DNA from: the human T2T-CHM13v2.0 reference genome, Homo sapiens
Direction: 5' to 3' (one strand)
Assembly: GCF_009914755.1 (NCBI RefSeq)
Contig: NC_060948.1
DNA length: 64,000 nucleotides
Shown: positions 12,570 to 31,879 of the stretch, piece by piece
Layout of the letters: each line of letters begins with the position of its first letter
Position numbering within the stretch: position 1 is the stretch's first letter
Made by a program: the position numbers and the translations under genes
Notes under the pieces: generated by a model
Database searches by the model: none
The model's input: the letters and a program-made list of their open reading frames with translations, nothing else
What the model was told of the DNA's origin: nothing

Positions 12570-14273
12570 CAAAAAGTAAATGAAAAGACATCTGTGTTGT
12601 TAAGAGGACAATAGTCCCCAAAGCGACATACAGGTTCAATACAATTTGATTTTTCTTTAATATATAATTTTTTTTAATAGAGATGTGGTCTATGTTGCCC
12701 AGGCTGTCCTGAACTCCTGGGCTCAAGCAATCTTCCTGCCTTCACCTCCCAAAGTGCTAAGATTGCAAACATGGTCCACAATGCCCAGCCCACAATTTTT
12801 TAATGGCCTTTTAAAAAAATGCATGATTTTAAAAATAGAATTATCTATTCCAAAATTCACATGGATTTTCATGATACCCTGAATAGCAAAAAGTAATCTC
12901 AAAAAGAAACACAAGAAACAAAGTGGAGGACTCACATGTCCTGATTTCAAAACTTACTATAGTACACAAAACATAGTATGGTTCTCACATAGGGATATAC
13001 AAAAAGGCCAAGAGAATAGAAATGAGAGCTCGGAAGTAAACCTTCGCATATATCACTAATTGATTTATAACAAAGTGCCAAGGCTATTCAATGTGGAAGG
13101 AAAGTTGTTCAACAAATGGAGCTGATAAAACTGGATATGCAAATGTATTGAATGACGTGAAATCTTTACTTTACAGCGTATCTGAAAATAGCTCAAAATG
13201 AATGAAAGACCTAAATTGAAGAGGTGAGACTCCAAAATTCTTAGTAGAAATCATAGGAACAAATTTTCATGACCCTTTATTTGGCAATAGTTACTTAAAT
13301 ATCATACCAAAACTACAATTAAGAGAAAAAAAAGGTAAATTCGACTTCATAAAAATTAACTTTTGTATATCAAAGGACACTATCAAGATAATGAAAACAC
13401 AACCCACAGAATTGAAGAATATATTTGCAGATAATATCTTAAGATTTAACATCTAGAATATATAAAGAACTCTTACAAAAAGGTAACTCAATTAAAAATG
13501 GTCAAAGTACTTCAACAGACATTGTTCCACAGAAGATATATAAATGGCTAATAAGCATATGAAAATATTCTTAGCATCATTAGTCTTATGAAAATGCAAA
13601 TCAAAACTACAATGAGATACCACTCCCCACCCACTAGAATGGCTACTAAAAAATATTCAAAAATAACATCAATTGTAATGGATGTGGGGAAATTGGAACT
13701 TTTTGCATTACTTGTGCAAATGCAAAATGTTGCAGCCTCCATCAAAAGCAGAGTTTGAGAGTTCCTCAAAAAGTTAAAATGTAGAATTACCATGAGGGAC
13801 TCAAACTGATAGTTGTACATGAATGTGCATAGTAACATTATTCACAATAGTCAATAGGTGGAAATAACCTGTGTGCATCAATGGATGAATGGATAAAAAA
13901 TGTATATTTATATAATAGAATATTATTCAGGCATTAAAAGGGATGAAGTTTTGATACACACTGCAACATAGATAAACCTTAAAAACATCTATTTTAAATA
14001 AAGTAAGCCAGACACAAAAGGACAAAAATGAACCATGTAAAACAGACAAAAATGTAGAGATAGAAAACAGAGGTTTCCAGTGGTTGGCAGGAAAAGCACT
14101 GGAGATTTATTGCTTAACAGGTTTATAGTATTTGCTTAGTGTGATGAAAAATTTCTAGAAATATACAGTGGTTTTGGTGCAGAATATTGTGAATTTGTTG
14201 AATACCACTGAATTGTACAGTTAAAAATGGTTCAAATGGAACATTTTATGTCATATTTTACCACATCAAAAAA
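12570..14273 (+). mobile_element. Continuation of the old L1M: ORF2 3' part and L1MB-type 3'UTR
   Basis: Resumes with taaatgaaaagacatc; ends ccactgaattgtacagttaaaaatgg...ttttaccacatcaaaaaa. Confidence 0.88.
12661..12790 (-). mobile_element. FLAM / Alu left monomer
   Basis: atgttgcccaggctg..gaactcctgggctcaagcaatc..cccaaagtgct..cccagcc with T-rich tail; flanked by acaattt repeats. Confidence 0.85.
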
Positions 14274-14339
14274 TGTATAATCTCTGAAAGAAGAGTAAAC
14301 ATCTGAACAGGCGAGTTAATTTTGAAACAACCAAGAAGA

Positions 14340-16500
14340 AAGCATACTTAGAACTCCACAAACTGCAATTATATATGTATTGTCAGACATGAAATATAGA
14401 GTAGGTAAGCACAAAATGTTTAAAGAATAAAAGGTGAAATTACAAAGATCATTTAGTAAGAAAATATCAGAAAACAACAGGCATACTTGAACAAAGTGAA
14501 ACTTCCTGAAATGAAAAACTATATATTCAGTGTAATAACAAAACTCAAATCCAGGGATTAAATGGCAGATTGCAATTTTCACTAGAAAATAAATTTGAAG
14601 AACTTATTCAGAGTGCAGTTAAAGATATAAGATGGAAAATATAAAAAAGAGGTTAAAAGAAATGGAAGATAGACTGAGAATGTGTAACATTTGACTGATT
14701 AGGTTTACCAAGAGAAAATGAAAAAGAAAAATGAAATACAAAAATCAAAACTGAAAAAAAAATTGTGGCTTCCATTTCTAATAATAGTCATATGGATATT
14801 CCAGAAATAATAAAAAAAAATTAGATTTAAGATATAATACATAGATTTAATTAGATTACATTTAATTGATTAGATTTAAGATATAATAATAGATTTAAGA
14901 TATATAAGATATAAATGTATTATATCTTAAATCTAATCTTACTAAATTTAAAATCGTTTGTAAAAACTATTGTGGAGATATTTCTAGAAATTTCAAGACA
15001 CCAAATGAATTGCGTATGTGATAAATATAAATAAATCATCACTAGGTATGTTCTAATAAAATTTCAGAACACCAAAGATGAAGATAAATTTTAAAAGTAG
15101 CCAGAGGAAAAAGGTGAATTACCTTTAAAAGGTTACAGTTTAACAAGAAGTCTGACTTTTCAACTACAAAGATTTTCAGAATAATATCTTCAGTATGCTG
15201 AATGAAGTTTTAAAAAGCAGCTGCCAAAAGAGTTTTAAACTGTGTAGGTATATTTCAAGACTAAAGGGAAATGAAAACATTTGTAGATAATGAAATCTGT
15301 AATTACCAACTGAACTTAAGGATATGCTTCAAGTGGAAGAAAAGTAAATTGAAATGGAGGGTCTGAGATGTAAGAGAGAATGAGAAATAAATAAAATAGT
15401 AAATATATAAATAAATCTAGATGAACACTGACTGCAAAAAGCTACAATAATGATAACATCTTTGGGCATTTAAAAAGATAATTAAAATAAGTAAGAGGAG
15501 TGACAAATTCTTTGGGAGGTGATTAAATTGAATGAAGGTATTCTAAGGTACTTGCACAGTCACAAGGGGTGAAAAAAGGTTTTGTTTATAGTAAGACTTT
15601 GTCAAGTAGGCATATGTAATTTCCAGGTTACCCATAAAAAATTCAAAACAGAAAGTGAAATTTCCAAATTAGTAGAGAAAAAAATGACATAATAAAAATT
15701 ATTCAATTCAAAATGAGGCAAAAAAGAAGAGACAAAGAAACACAGGATATTTAGTACAAATAAAAATCACAACATAATACAGTTCATTAAAACTCAAATT
15801 TGTTAGTAATTCCATTGATTATATATGAATTATGTGTTCCATTTATGAAGCAAAATATCAGAAGAAAAATCCACCCATATACTGTTTTAAAGAAACATTT
15901 AAGACATAAGAATACAGAAAGTTTGGCAGTAAATGAATCAAAAATGAAATAATGAGTCTATGTGAAGATAATCAATGTTCACTGAAATATTAGGGTGAAA
16001 TGCTGATGGAGAACTTTATAATAGATATACCAGGTCTATAACACCTGAGCCTAATCAAATGTAACACCATAAAAGTGAAATATCCAGACACTATCCACCA
16101 GGTTATAGGAAATGCAAAGCAAAAGAATATTAAAAGACATAAAGATGACTCAATCTTGCAATTCCAGAACATGGGAACTTCTAAAAGATAAATTGTTTTA
16201 ATCAATATGTAGTAAAAAGGGAAAGGGAACTGTTACTGAATAAAAGTGACATCGTGACCAAATGTAATAACTTTGGACACTGCTTGAAGAAACCAACTAT
16301 AAAAATTCATATTGAGTCAGTCAAGAACATGTTTATATTGACTGGAATTTTATTACTTTAAGGATTAGTATTAATTTTTCAGTGTAGTAATGGATTGTAG
16401 TTATAGTAAAAAAAAGTTCTTATTTTTGAAATTTACATTGAATTATTGATGAATAAAATTATGTGATATTTGGAATTTTCTTTAACATAATTTTCATTAT
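14340..16500 (+). mobile_element. Highly diverged L1ME/L1MC fragments
   Basis: A-rich ORF1-like passages (taaaagtagccagaggaaaaagg, tctgacttttcaac) and an old 3'UTR-like part; boundaries approximate. Confidence 0.55.
14820..14937. repeat. AT-rich TAGATTTAAGATAT array closed by a perfect 23-bp inverted repeat
   Basis: 14820-14842 attagatttaagatataatacat is the exact reverse complement of 14915-14937. Confidence 0.9.
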
Positions 16501-16621
16501 TAATAATAAAATCATGAAAAGGAACAACTCTTGTTGAATGCACATTTGAACTCTGTTGAAGCAGGCATTTCTGACCTAGGGGGAAAAAAACATAAAAGAG
16601 AAGATTTTTATGTGATAAATA

Positions 16622-17000
16622 CAGGTGGTTGCCAGGGGCTGCCGGGTGGGGAAAATGGGGAGATGTTAGTCAAATGGTACAAAGTTTCAGTTGTGCAGGA
16701 TGAGTAAATAAGCTCTGGAGATCCAGTGTACAACATGATGACTATAGTTAATAATACTGTATTATATACTTAAAATTTTCTGAGTAGATTTGAAACGTTC
16801 TCGCCATACACACACAGAAAAGGGTAACTGTGAGGTGATGAATACGTATTCAAGCTAATCACGTAATTAGCTCGATTGTGGTATTTATTTCACAATGTAT
16901 AAGTAAATTAATAAATCACATTGTACTCAACTATATATATTTTTTGTCAATTATACCTCAATAAAGCTGGGGAAAATGTAAAAATAAATAAATAAATAAC
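16622..17000 (+). mobile_element. L1MA8/9-type 3'UTR fragment with (AAAT)n tail
   Basis: ggttgccaggggctg..atggggagatgttagtcaaatggtacaaagtttcag...gtcaattatacctcaataaagctgggg. Confidence 0.85.
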
Positions 17001-18899
17001 CGAGAAAACCCAAACATCCATAAATGAAAATGATACCAAACCTGGCGCCACTTTTTACAATGGATGTAAAAGTCAAGAGTTAAAATCTTTAACATGCATG
17101 CTTACTATGTCGAAAGATCACGTACATGAAAACAAACATACTTTATTGTGATTTTTTTGAATGTAAGCGATGAAAATCTATCATAAAATAGCTTATGTAA
17201 AACAGGGAATGTAGCAACCTGTATAATAGAGGAAGACTAAGAGTAGTTTCGGTTTCAGGCCTGACAATACCAAGATATTCAAAAGCTGTTTTCTGTTTGG
17301 CTCTCCCTCATTCTTTTGGCTCTGCTTCACTTTGTGAACTGTGTGTTGCCTCATTCTCTTCTCCTACATGTGAGTTTCCCTCATGTGGCCTATAAGAAGT
17401 TGGAAGACAGAGCAATACATATCCATGGAAAAATATAAATGATTAGCAATAATGTTGGTTCAATTATAGTTATTTAATACATTCCAACTTTGCTTGACTA
17501 TGAGAAATAATGCTATAGACACATATTTAATTATGTAGCAGTGTTGTGAAAGTGCCTTCAGATATATAAATGCAATGTCTTTTTTTATTGTCTACAATTG
17601 ATTTGACTTTTATTTTAGGACCTGTTCATGACCCTATTAGATAGCAATAAAAATAATAAAAGCCACCCCCCACCCAAGGTTGAATATAATCCTGTAATCT
17701 CATTTTACTCCAATAACTTAAACTATCTCTTTAGGTAATTCAGTTCATGTCTCCTTGGAAGACCCAAGTACCTCAGTTTTTAGTGTTCTGCCTCCCTCTT
17801 CTTGATCCTCTCTCAGATGGCTTGTGGGTATGTTTAGAACTGAAGTGCGTGTGGCTTATGTGACCCTCCGGGCAATAAAAGGGATATGGGATGTCCTGCA
17901 TTCTTATGGAACCCTTTGGACTTCCGTTGTTCTCTCTGGATACTCAGCAGTTTGTGCTGCTTCCTAGAATGATGAGTGCTGGTGTGCAACTGGTCTCATT
18001 TGCCCTCCTATGTGTGATGTGCTGCACCTACTTGTTGAGCTTATGTTCTTGGATATTGGCCCCTAATCTTGAATTCCCAATTCATGATACTTTCTCTTCA
18101 TTACAATCCCAGGTTTCTACTGCTCCAAAAGTGTCCTATCAACTCCACATAGCATCCTCAGTGAGGTACACTGAAACATCTAAGTCCCAATTTTCCAGGC
18201 CATATGGAATCAGAAACTTTGACTCAGGTTCATCAAACTATTTATCTAATACCTGCACCTCAACATCATAGCTCAAACATTGTGTTGAAAGTAAGGGCAT
18301 GTGAGGATTCTTCTAGAGGTTTGCAGCCTCTGCCTAGTGTGTCAATAATCTTAATGTTTACATCCATCTGACTCCTCCACCTCTATCTATTTGTTCTAGT
18401 AGGGGTTTGTGAAAGTCCTGGTGTCTAATCTCCTAACCCTATTTGTGTCTCAATTTTTCTTCCCAGAATTTCCTGGAACAAGAATGAACTATATTTCTTT
18501 TCTTTTCCCATCTTGGTAATATTGTTATTTGAAACTTTATAATCAAATCAATTAAGTCTGCCTCTTAATTTCTTAAATGGGAGATAAAGTTACTAAACTA
18601 TTTCCTCTTGTCTGAGCTTTAACAATAATTCCCTTGCTAAATAATTTAAGAAAGTCAATTTTGACACTCATGACTAATCAAGGAAATTGATCACATTTAG
18701 CCAAAGAAATTTGATTCCTGAGAGGACTGGAGGTACAAAGTTGCAAATAAACAGTTTTTAAGAAAGGAGGAGAATATTTGAATGTTTTAACTTTTCTAAA
18801 ATACAATTTACTATAAGGGGACACTTGAAAATATTGCTACATGAAAGGAGAGGCAGATGAGGATGGTACTTTTTATGATTTAAATAAAAAGTGGAGGAT

Positions 18900-19750
18900 C
18901 GTGCTTAATTTTGGTTTTTGTGATTTATCATAAGTCATATCACACTGAACTCTAATTACTTTATCAATATGAAAATTATACAGTAATAGTTCAGGCAGAC
19001 AAGTAAAACAAGCATGTAGGATAAACTGATCTGAGGACTTGAAGTAATTTCCATCGTAGCATAAGGCAGATACTTTTTCAGTGCCCTGAATGTTGTTTAT
19101 TATGGATACTAGTAATAATTCTTCTGAGTGTATCAAAATCACCAGTAGAGCACTGATGAAAAGTGATACTAATAGATAGGAGTAGGTAAGGGAGTTTTCT
19201 TATGGAAAGGAGTGAGAATGAAAGGTAAATATAGAAAAAATAAAGATAGAGGAAAAAGATTATGACATAACATTTCAGATAATCAAATGAGATTGAAAAC
19301 AAAGATTATATAATTCTACCACATAGCCAGTGAAATTCTAACTTTTAACCATAGCTTCTTCCAACTGTTTCAGCTGAATCCTTGACATCAATTCTTCTGA
19401 TTCACTGTTATCCAAAATGATCTGTAAATACTTAGTTTGCCTATTCAGTTAATATTCAGCTGGACACCTTTTCCAGAGTTCAATCTCTTATTTTTTCATT
19501 TTCCCGTTAGTGCCCTCTATTTGGATACTCATCTTAAGTATTTTGTATTATTGTTTTATTATGCATAGCATTTCTGGTTCAAAATCATCATCTTCAATTT
19601 GAACGGATAATTCCAACATCACATCGCTTGACATTCTCACTAGTAAGTTTATCCTACCCACTATCAGATCTAGCACTATAGCAAAATGATGAGCCAACAA
19701 CTCAAACCTGATTATTATGAATCCAATTACTGGCATTTTTCAGTCTGTCT
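18900..19750 (+). mobile_element. Diverged L2 fragment(s)
   Basis: ~19380-19540 resembles the L2 core (ccagagttcaatctcttat...ctctatttggatactc); extent uncertain. Confidence 0.4.
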
Positions 19751-19769
19751 AGTTCTAGCTCAATGTTTT

Positions 19770-21640
19770 TTCTCCCCCAAACAATGTATAGATTCAAAGA
19801 AATCCTAATCAAAATTACAGCCAGCTGTTTTTGAAATTGACCAGATGATTATTAATTTATATGTACTTGCAAAGGGTTAAAAATAGCCAGGATAGCTTGA
19901 GGATGAAAATTATGCTTTATTTAAAAAGATATGATAATTAAGATGGTGTGATTTTTTAAATAAGAATAGGACAATGAAGGAAATAAAAATTCCAGAGCCC
20001 AAAAACAGACCTACATAAAGTCATCTGATTTACTTCAAAGGTGACACATCAGAATAGTGGGGTAAGAAATTTCCATTCAAAAAATGATGCTGTACTAATT
20101 GAATATCCACATATTTTAAAAAATTGACATTTTTTAATGCCGTAGAATTTGAAGAGTGAAAAGAATAAAAAATCTTTTCAGAACTGGAGGGGAAAAAAAA
20201 GCAGCTCTATTGTTAATAAGTCTGGGAGGACAGGCAGAGAGAAAGTCAGATATAGTCTCAAAAAAATGTAACATTGTTTCTTCCAAGGTCTTGCAACAGT
20301 TGTGACATTCAATAAGGGCCACCTCTTTGGGTGACCACTGCTTTCTTACTATCGACATATCCAGACCAGATTTTCTATTTTTGTGTGTTACTAGGGAAAA
20401 CCCAATTGCTTTTGTCAGTAACCAATCCCCAGTTAATCTGTACTTATTTTAATCCATCCTCAGAAATAACAACCATACTTCCATTAGACTGCCCTCAGAA
20501 TCCTTCAGTGGTAACTCAAACTTTGCAAAAGACACTTCCTTCTATCTTGTCAGATGACATTCCACTAGTCCTCTGAAATACCCTTCCCTTCCAGTGAGTC
20601 AATAAATCTGATTTTGTCACACTACAGGCTTGTTCCTGTTGATCTTTAACAGGAGTTTGGACACTCTAAATATGAAATGTAAAATGAGAAACTTCTGGAA
20701 TATAACATAGAAAAATGTCTTTATGACCTTGAAATAGGCAACAACTTATTAAAAAGAAAACAAATAAAACAAATCACACTAGCAGCAAAGAGAACAATTG
20801 ATAATTTGTACTACATTAAAATTCAGAATTTCTTTTCACCAAAACACAGCATAAAGCAAAAGAAAATGCAAGCCAAAAATGCATGCAACCCAACATTTGA
20901 AATGTTTAACCGGAAATGTCTATTATGGACAAAGTTACTTGTGTCCATAATGTATACAAATTTTCTAGAAATTAATAAGAGACAGTCAACCTAATAGGAA
21001 AATGAAAACAGACTTTTTGAGGCAATTTGGAAAGAGGATATCAGTATCGGCGAGATTGGTAAAATTACTTTGTAGAACTGTTCATGAACTATTAAACCTG
21101 AATATCTGCATAGGTTTTGAACCAGCACTTCCAATCATGGGTCTATTAACTACAGAAATGGGTACGTATGTGCACCAGAAGGCAAGTGCCAAACCATCTA
21201 TAGCACAACAGGTCCTAACATCCAGAAACTAGAAATTACTGTAATTGCCATTAACAATAAAATGAGCCAAAGAACATGTTTATTTGCAGGAGATGTAACA
21301 CAATGGAATACTATGAATGATCAATAGAGGAAAAAGTGCTACTACATGCAATAACATAGATGAATTTCACAAATATATTATTGAACAACAAAAATGCTAG
21401 TCACAAGATAATACATACTGTATGATTCGATTAATATGAATTTCAAAAACAGACAAAAGTAACTTACAATGTTAGAAAAGAGGGTGGCAATAGTGATAGG
21501 TATGGGGCACAAAGAGAGCTTAGATACTGGAAGAAATTCAATATGTATTGACTTAAATGGCCAATTCAGCTACCTGCACATTTATGGTTTGGTAACATTA
21601 CTGTCTGTAGGTTATTCGTTTTTTAGATACTAATTTTTTA
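19770..21640 (+). mobile_element. L1ME-type ORF2/3' end, interrupted by an LTR
   Basis: tatagattcaaagaaatcctaatcaaaat...; resumes after 20650 (aaacttctggaatataacatagaaaaatgtctttatgaccttg). Confidence 0.7.
20140..20650 (+). mobile_element. ERV LTR-like insertion (family not assigned)
   Basis: ~500-bp block interrupting L1, with AATAAA near the end and terminal ...ttaaCA. Confidence 0.5.
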
Positions 21641-22142
21641 AAGGACAGTTAAGCACAGACAGGAGGCAATTCACAACCCTGGTACAAAGAAAATGGCAAA
21701 AACCAAAGTGAGTCTATATAATTGAGAGATTCTCAGTTCCCAAAGTGTATTCAATATTTTCTTTTCATTGTCACCCATATAAAATAAGACTTTATATGTG
21801 AGAGATTATCTGGGAAGTGACAGGACAGTTGAGGTTTTCCCTGGGAGATTTTTCAATCATTACTGGGTGAATAGGGCACTTTAGGTATGTTGATTAAGAA
21901 TAAAAGGAAAAAAAATTGCACAGCATTTCTCTAACGTTTGCATCTAATCTGTTAAACTTTAGCTGAGTTTTGCAAGATTGTCATCTGGGAATACCACCTC
22001 AAAAAAGTAGTTGATTAACATAATCTCTTGATTAATTCAGAGGTGTGAATCCCAATCCCTTAGCAAATGAATTGGTAGGTAACGATTAATGATCAGGAAA
22101 AAGACAGGAAATTGGGCAAAATGTGAAAAAAAAATTAGTACC

Positions 22143-22527
22143 TACATCAGTTTGCTAGGACTGCCATAACAAAGTACCACAGACTAAGAGGCTTTAACAA
22201 GAGAAATATATTTACTTTCAGTTCTGAGGGCTACAAGTCTGAGGTGAAGGTGTTGGCAGAGTTATTTATGTTGGCAGAATTGCCTGTTTGTCTTGCAGAT
22301 GGCTGTCTTCTTGTGTCTTCACATGTTCTCTCTGTGTGTACCTGTGTCCTAATTTCCTCTACTGATAAAGATAACAGTCACATAGAATTAGAGCTTGTTG
22401 AAGTGACCTCATGTAACCTCAATTACCAATATAAAGGCCTTACTTTCAAATACAATCATATCCTGGAGTACTGGGGTTTAGGACTTCAACATATTAATTT
22501 TAGGGAGACAAAGTTCATGCTGTAACA
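22143..22527 (-). mobile_element. MLT1B/C-type MaLR LTR
   Basis: agtttgctaggactgccataacaaagtaccacagact ... aggacttcaacatattaattttagggagaca. Confidence 0.85.
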
Positions 22528-22882
22528 TTACATATAACTTTACATTGAAAATTAATGTAAAAATAGCCCATAATTATTTTTTAAATTATTTTTAAACATT
22601 GTTCAAGAGTAGTTATGCCCATAAAAGTGGAAATCATCATGTCAAGGCAAACAAATTGACAAAAATCTAAGTGAGCAAACACAATTGAAGATACCTCCTT
22701 AGTTACTGTTATAGATTGAATCGTGTCCCCTTTCCACAAATTGATATGTCGAAGCTTTAACCTCGTATGTTATATTTGGACATAGGATCATTAAAGAGAT
22801 AATTAAGATAAAGTGAGGGCCTAAGGGTGAAGCCCTAATCCATTAGCACTGTTGTCCTTATATAAAAAGGAAGAAAATGCAC

Positions 22883-22927
<45 letters not shown>

Positions 22928-22928
22928 A
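22883..22928. repeat. (AG)n microsatellite
   Basis: Direct inspection. Confidence 0.95.
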
Positions 22929-23058
22929 AGGCAATGTTAGCACCCAGAAAGAAAATGGCCATCCACAAGCTAAAGAAATAAAGAGGCCTCAGGAGAAACC
23001 AACCCTGCTAGCACCTTCATCCTGAACTTCCACCCTCAAGAACAGTGAGAAATAAATT

Positions 23059-23494
23059 TGTCTTAGTCCATGGCAGGTGAATAAAACATAATATCTTAGA
23101 CTGGGTAATTTATAAATAATATAAATTTAATTGTCACAGATGTGGAGGTTGGGGAGCCCAAGATTAAGGAGTCAACAGTTTTGGTGTCTGGTCAGGGCTG
23201 GCTCCTCATAGCCACTGTTTTCCTCACAGAATACTCTTGTGGCAGAAAATATGTGAATACTGAGTCCTCACATGACAAAAGGAGCAAAAGGATAAAGGGC
23301 AAAAAAGAGTAAAGCCTGTGTCCTCACACGGCAGAAGAGATGGACCAGCAAAAAGGAGCTAATGTGCTCACTACAACCTCTCTTATAAGTGTTCTGTGCA
23401 TAAGGGTAGAGCAATCACTTCCACAAAAGTCCTTCCTTTTAATACTATTACATTGGCTATTAGGTTCCAACATATGAATTTTCAAATCACAGCA
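23059..23494 (-). mobile_element. MSTB/C-type MaLR LTR nested in the preceding LTR
   Basis: tgtcttagtcc..cttagactgggtaatttataaa...ttccaacatatgaattttcaaatcacagca. Confidence 0.8.
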
Positions 23495-23700
23495 TTGTTA
23501 TTTAAGGCATCTAGTCATTGGTGTTTTATTATGCAGTGCTAGCAGACTAATACAGTTACCCAAATATATTTAGTTTCCTTTTCACAGGGTATTATGTATG
23601 GAAAGCACATGTTCAAATAAGGGAGAGGACTGGCACATCACCAAGATTTTGAGTTTTGTTTAATGATTTCATTATTCTTTTTTATATCACGCATTCAATT

Positions 23701-30620
<6,920 letters not shown>

Positions 30621-30898
30621 TATAAAAATCTATGCTGAGTAATTATGATAGGATCCTTGATTCTGGCAATCCCACTTTTAGGTATTTATTCAAAAGAAAT
30701 GATAACATATGTCCATACAAATACCTGTACACATATGTTCATTATAACTTTATTGTAACAGCCAAATACCCCAGCAGCCAGCCCCCAACCAGTACCAGGG
30801 ACCACCCAAACTCCCGTTTTTGATTTTTGATACATACTTTCATCGAAATGTTGGTAAAATAAACATAGTGTCTCTAGTGGGATAAAACTTTCACACAA

Positions 30899-30960
30899 TG
30901 TATAGATATGTATGTGTGTATATATATATACACACATACATATTCATATTTATACATATA
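30899..30960. repeat. (TA)/(TG)/(CA) low-complexity microsatellite
   Basis: Direct inspection; paralogue at 50830-50930. Confidence 0.85.
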
Positions 30961-31879
30961 TGCTTTTTATGTATACATAAAAGATCTTTACAAAAACAAG
31001 TAAAAATTGACATAACTATTTTAAAATAAAATAAAACTAAGAAAAGCAAAATATAATAAATAAAAACATGGATTATCATAAGTGATTATTTCATTACAAA
31101 ATATTTTAAATTGGGTATATTAAAATTGCAAGACGAAATTTTTTCTACTTTGATAGAGTAACTGGTAGTGGACTTGCCCTCCTTTCAGAAAAAATTACAA
31201 AACTGGAAAATACAGATAAAATACTGTTTGCAGATATTGGCAAACATGCAGCACAGAACTGTAATCAGTGAAGAAGGGTTAAAAGAAGGTAAGCACCACA
31301 ATATCCCAAACAGAGAAATAGGAAAGGTAAACTCAGGTAAATACCAGTAATCTCCCTGGATTGAAAAGATCAGAATTAAAATTCTGGAAAGTTTAGATAA
31401 ACTTTGGAATTTGTAGAGTACTGGAGGTGAAGGAATAGCACAGAGAAAGAGCTTCACAAATCTGAATAGAAAAGCCGTTGAATTTTTCCTCAATAAAAAG
31501 CTGTGCATGCATAAGGTGAAATTCCACAAGTTAAAACAGACAACAGCTGGAAAGTCCTGACTTGAATAATTCCCAGAAATTACAAAGGGTGGGAAGACAT
31601 TTAAACTCTAACCAATACGTTGAAAAACTCATTTAATCCTTCTCTACGGAAAAATCTGTCAGACTTTATCTGACCAATCAGGTTGATAGATTTTTCTGTA
31701 GCGAAGGATTAAACTGATCTGTAAGTAATATAGCTGCCTGTCTAAATATAATTCAAATCTTGCTAATGTAGGACAACAAATATAGACACTCAATACCATA
31801 ATATTCACAGACACCTACTATACAGTGAAAAATTATTAGATATGCAAAGAAGCCAAAAATTATGACCCATAAAATGATG

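Larger units (their letters stand above)
22707..23554 (+). mobile_element. MLT1A/MSTD-type MaLR solo LTR with nested MST LTR and (GA)n
   Basis: TGTTATAGATTGAATCGTGTCCCC...AGACTAATACA flanked by the 5-bp TSD gttac (22702-22706, 23555-23559). Confidence 0.85.

Noticed and set aside
6051-12575. Target-site duplication of the HERV-L
   Set aside because: Flanks (gggac vs the degenerate 3' LTR end) do not give a clean 5-bp match; not claimed
19548-19736. Acidic ORF reminiscent of a piggyBac N-terminus (IEDDDFEPE)
   Set aside because: No transposase core or terminal repeats; the region better resembles decayed L2 on the other strand
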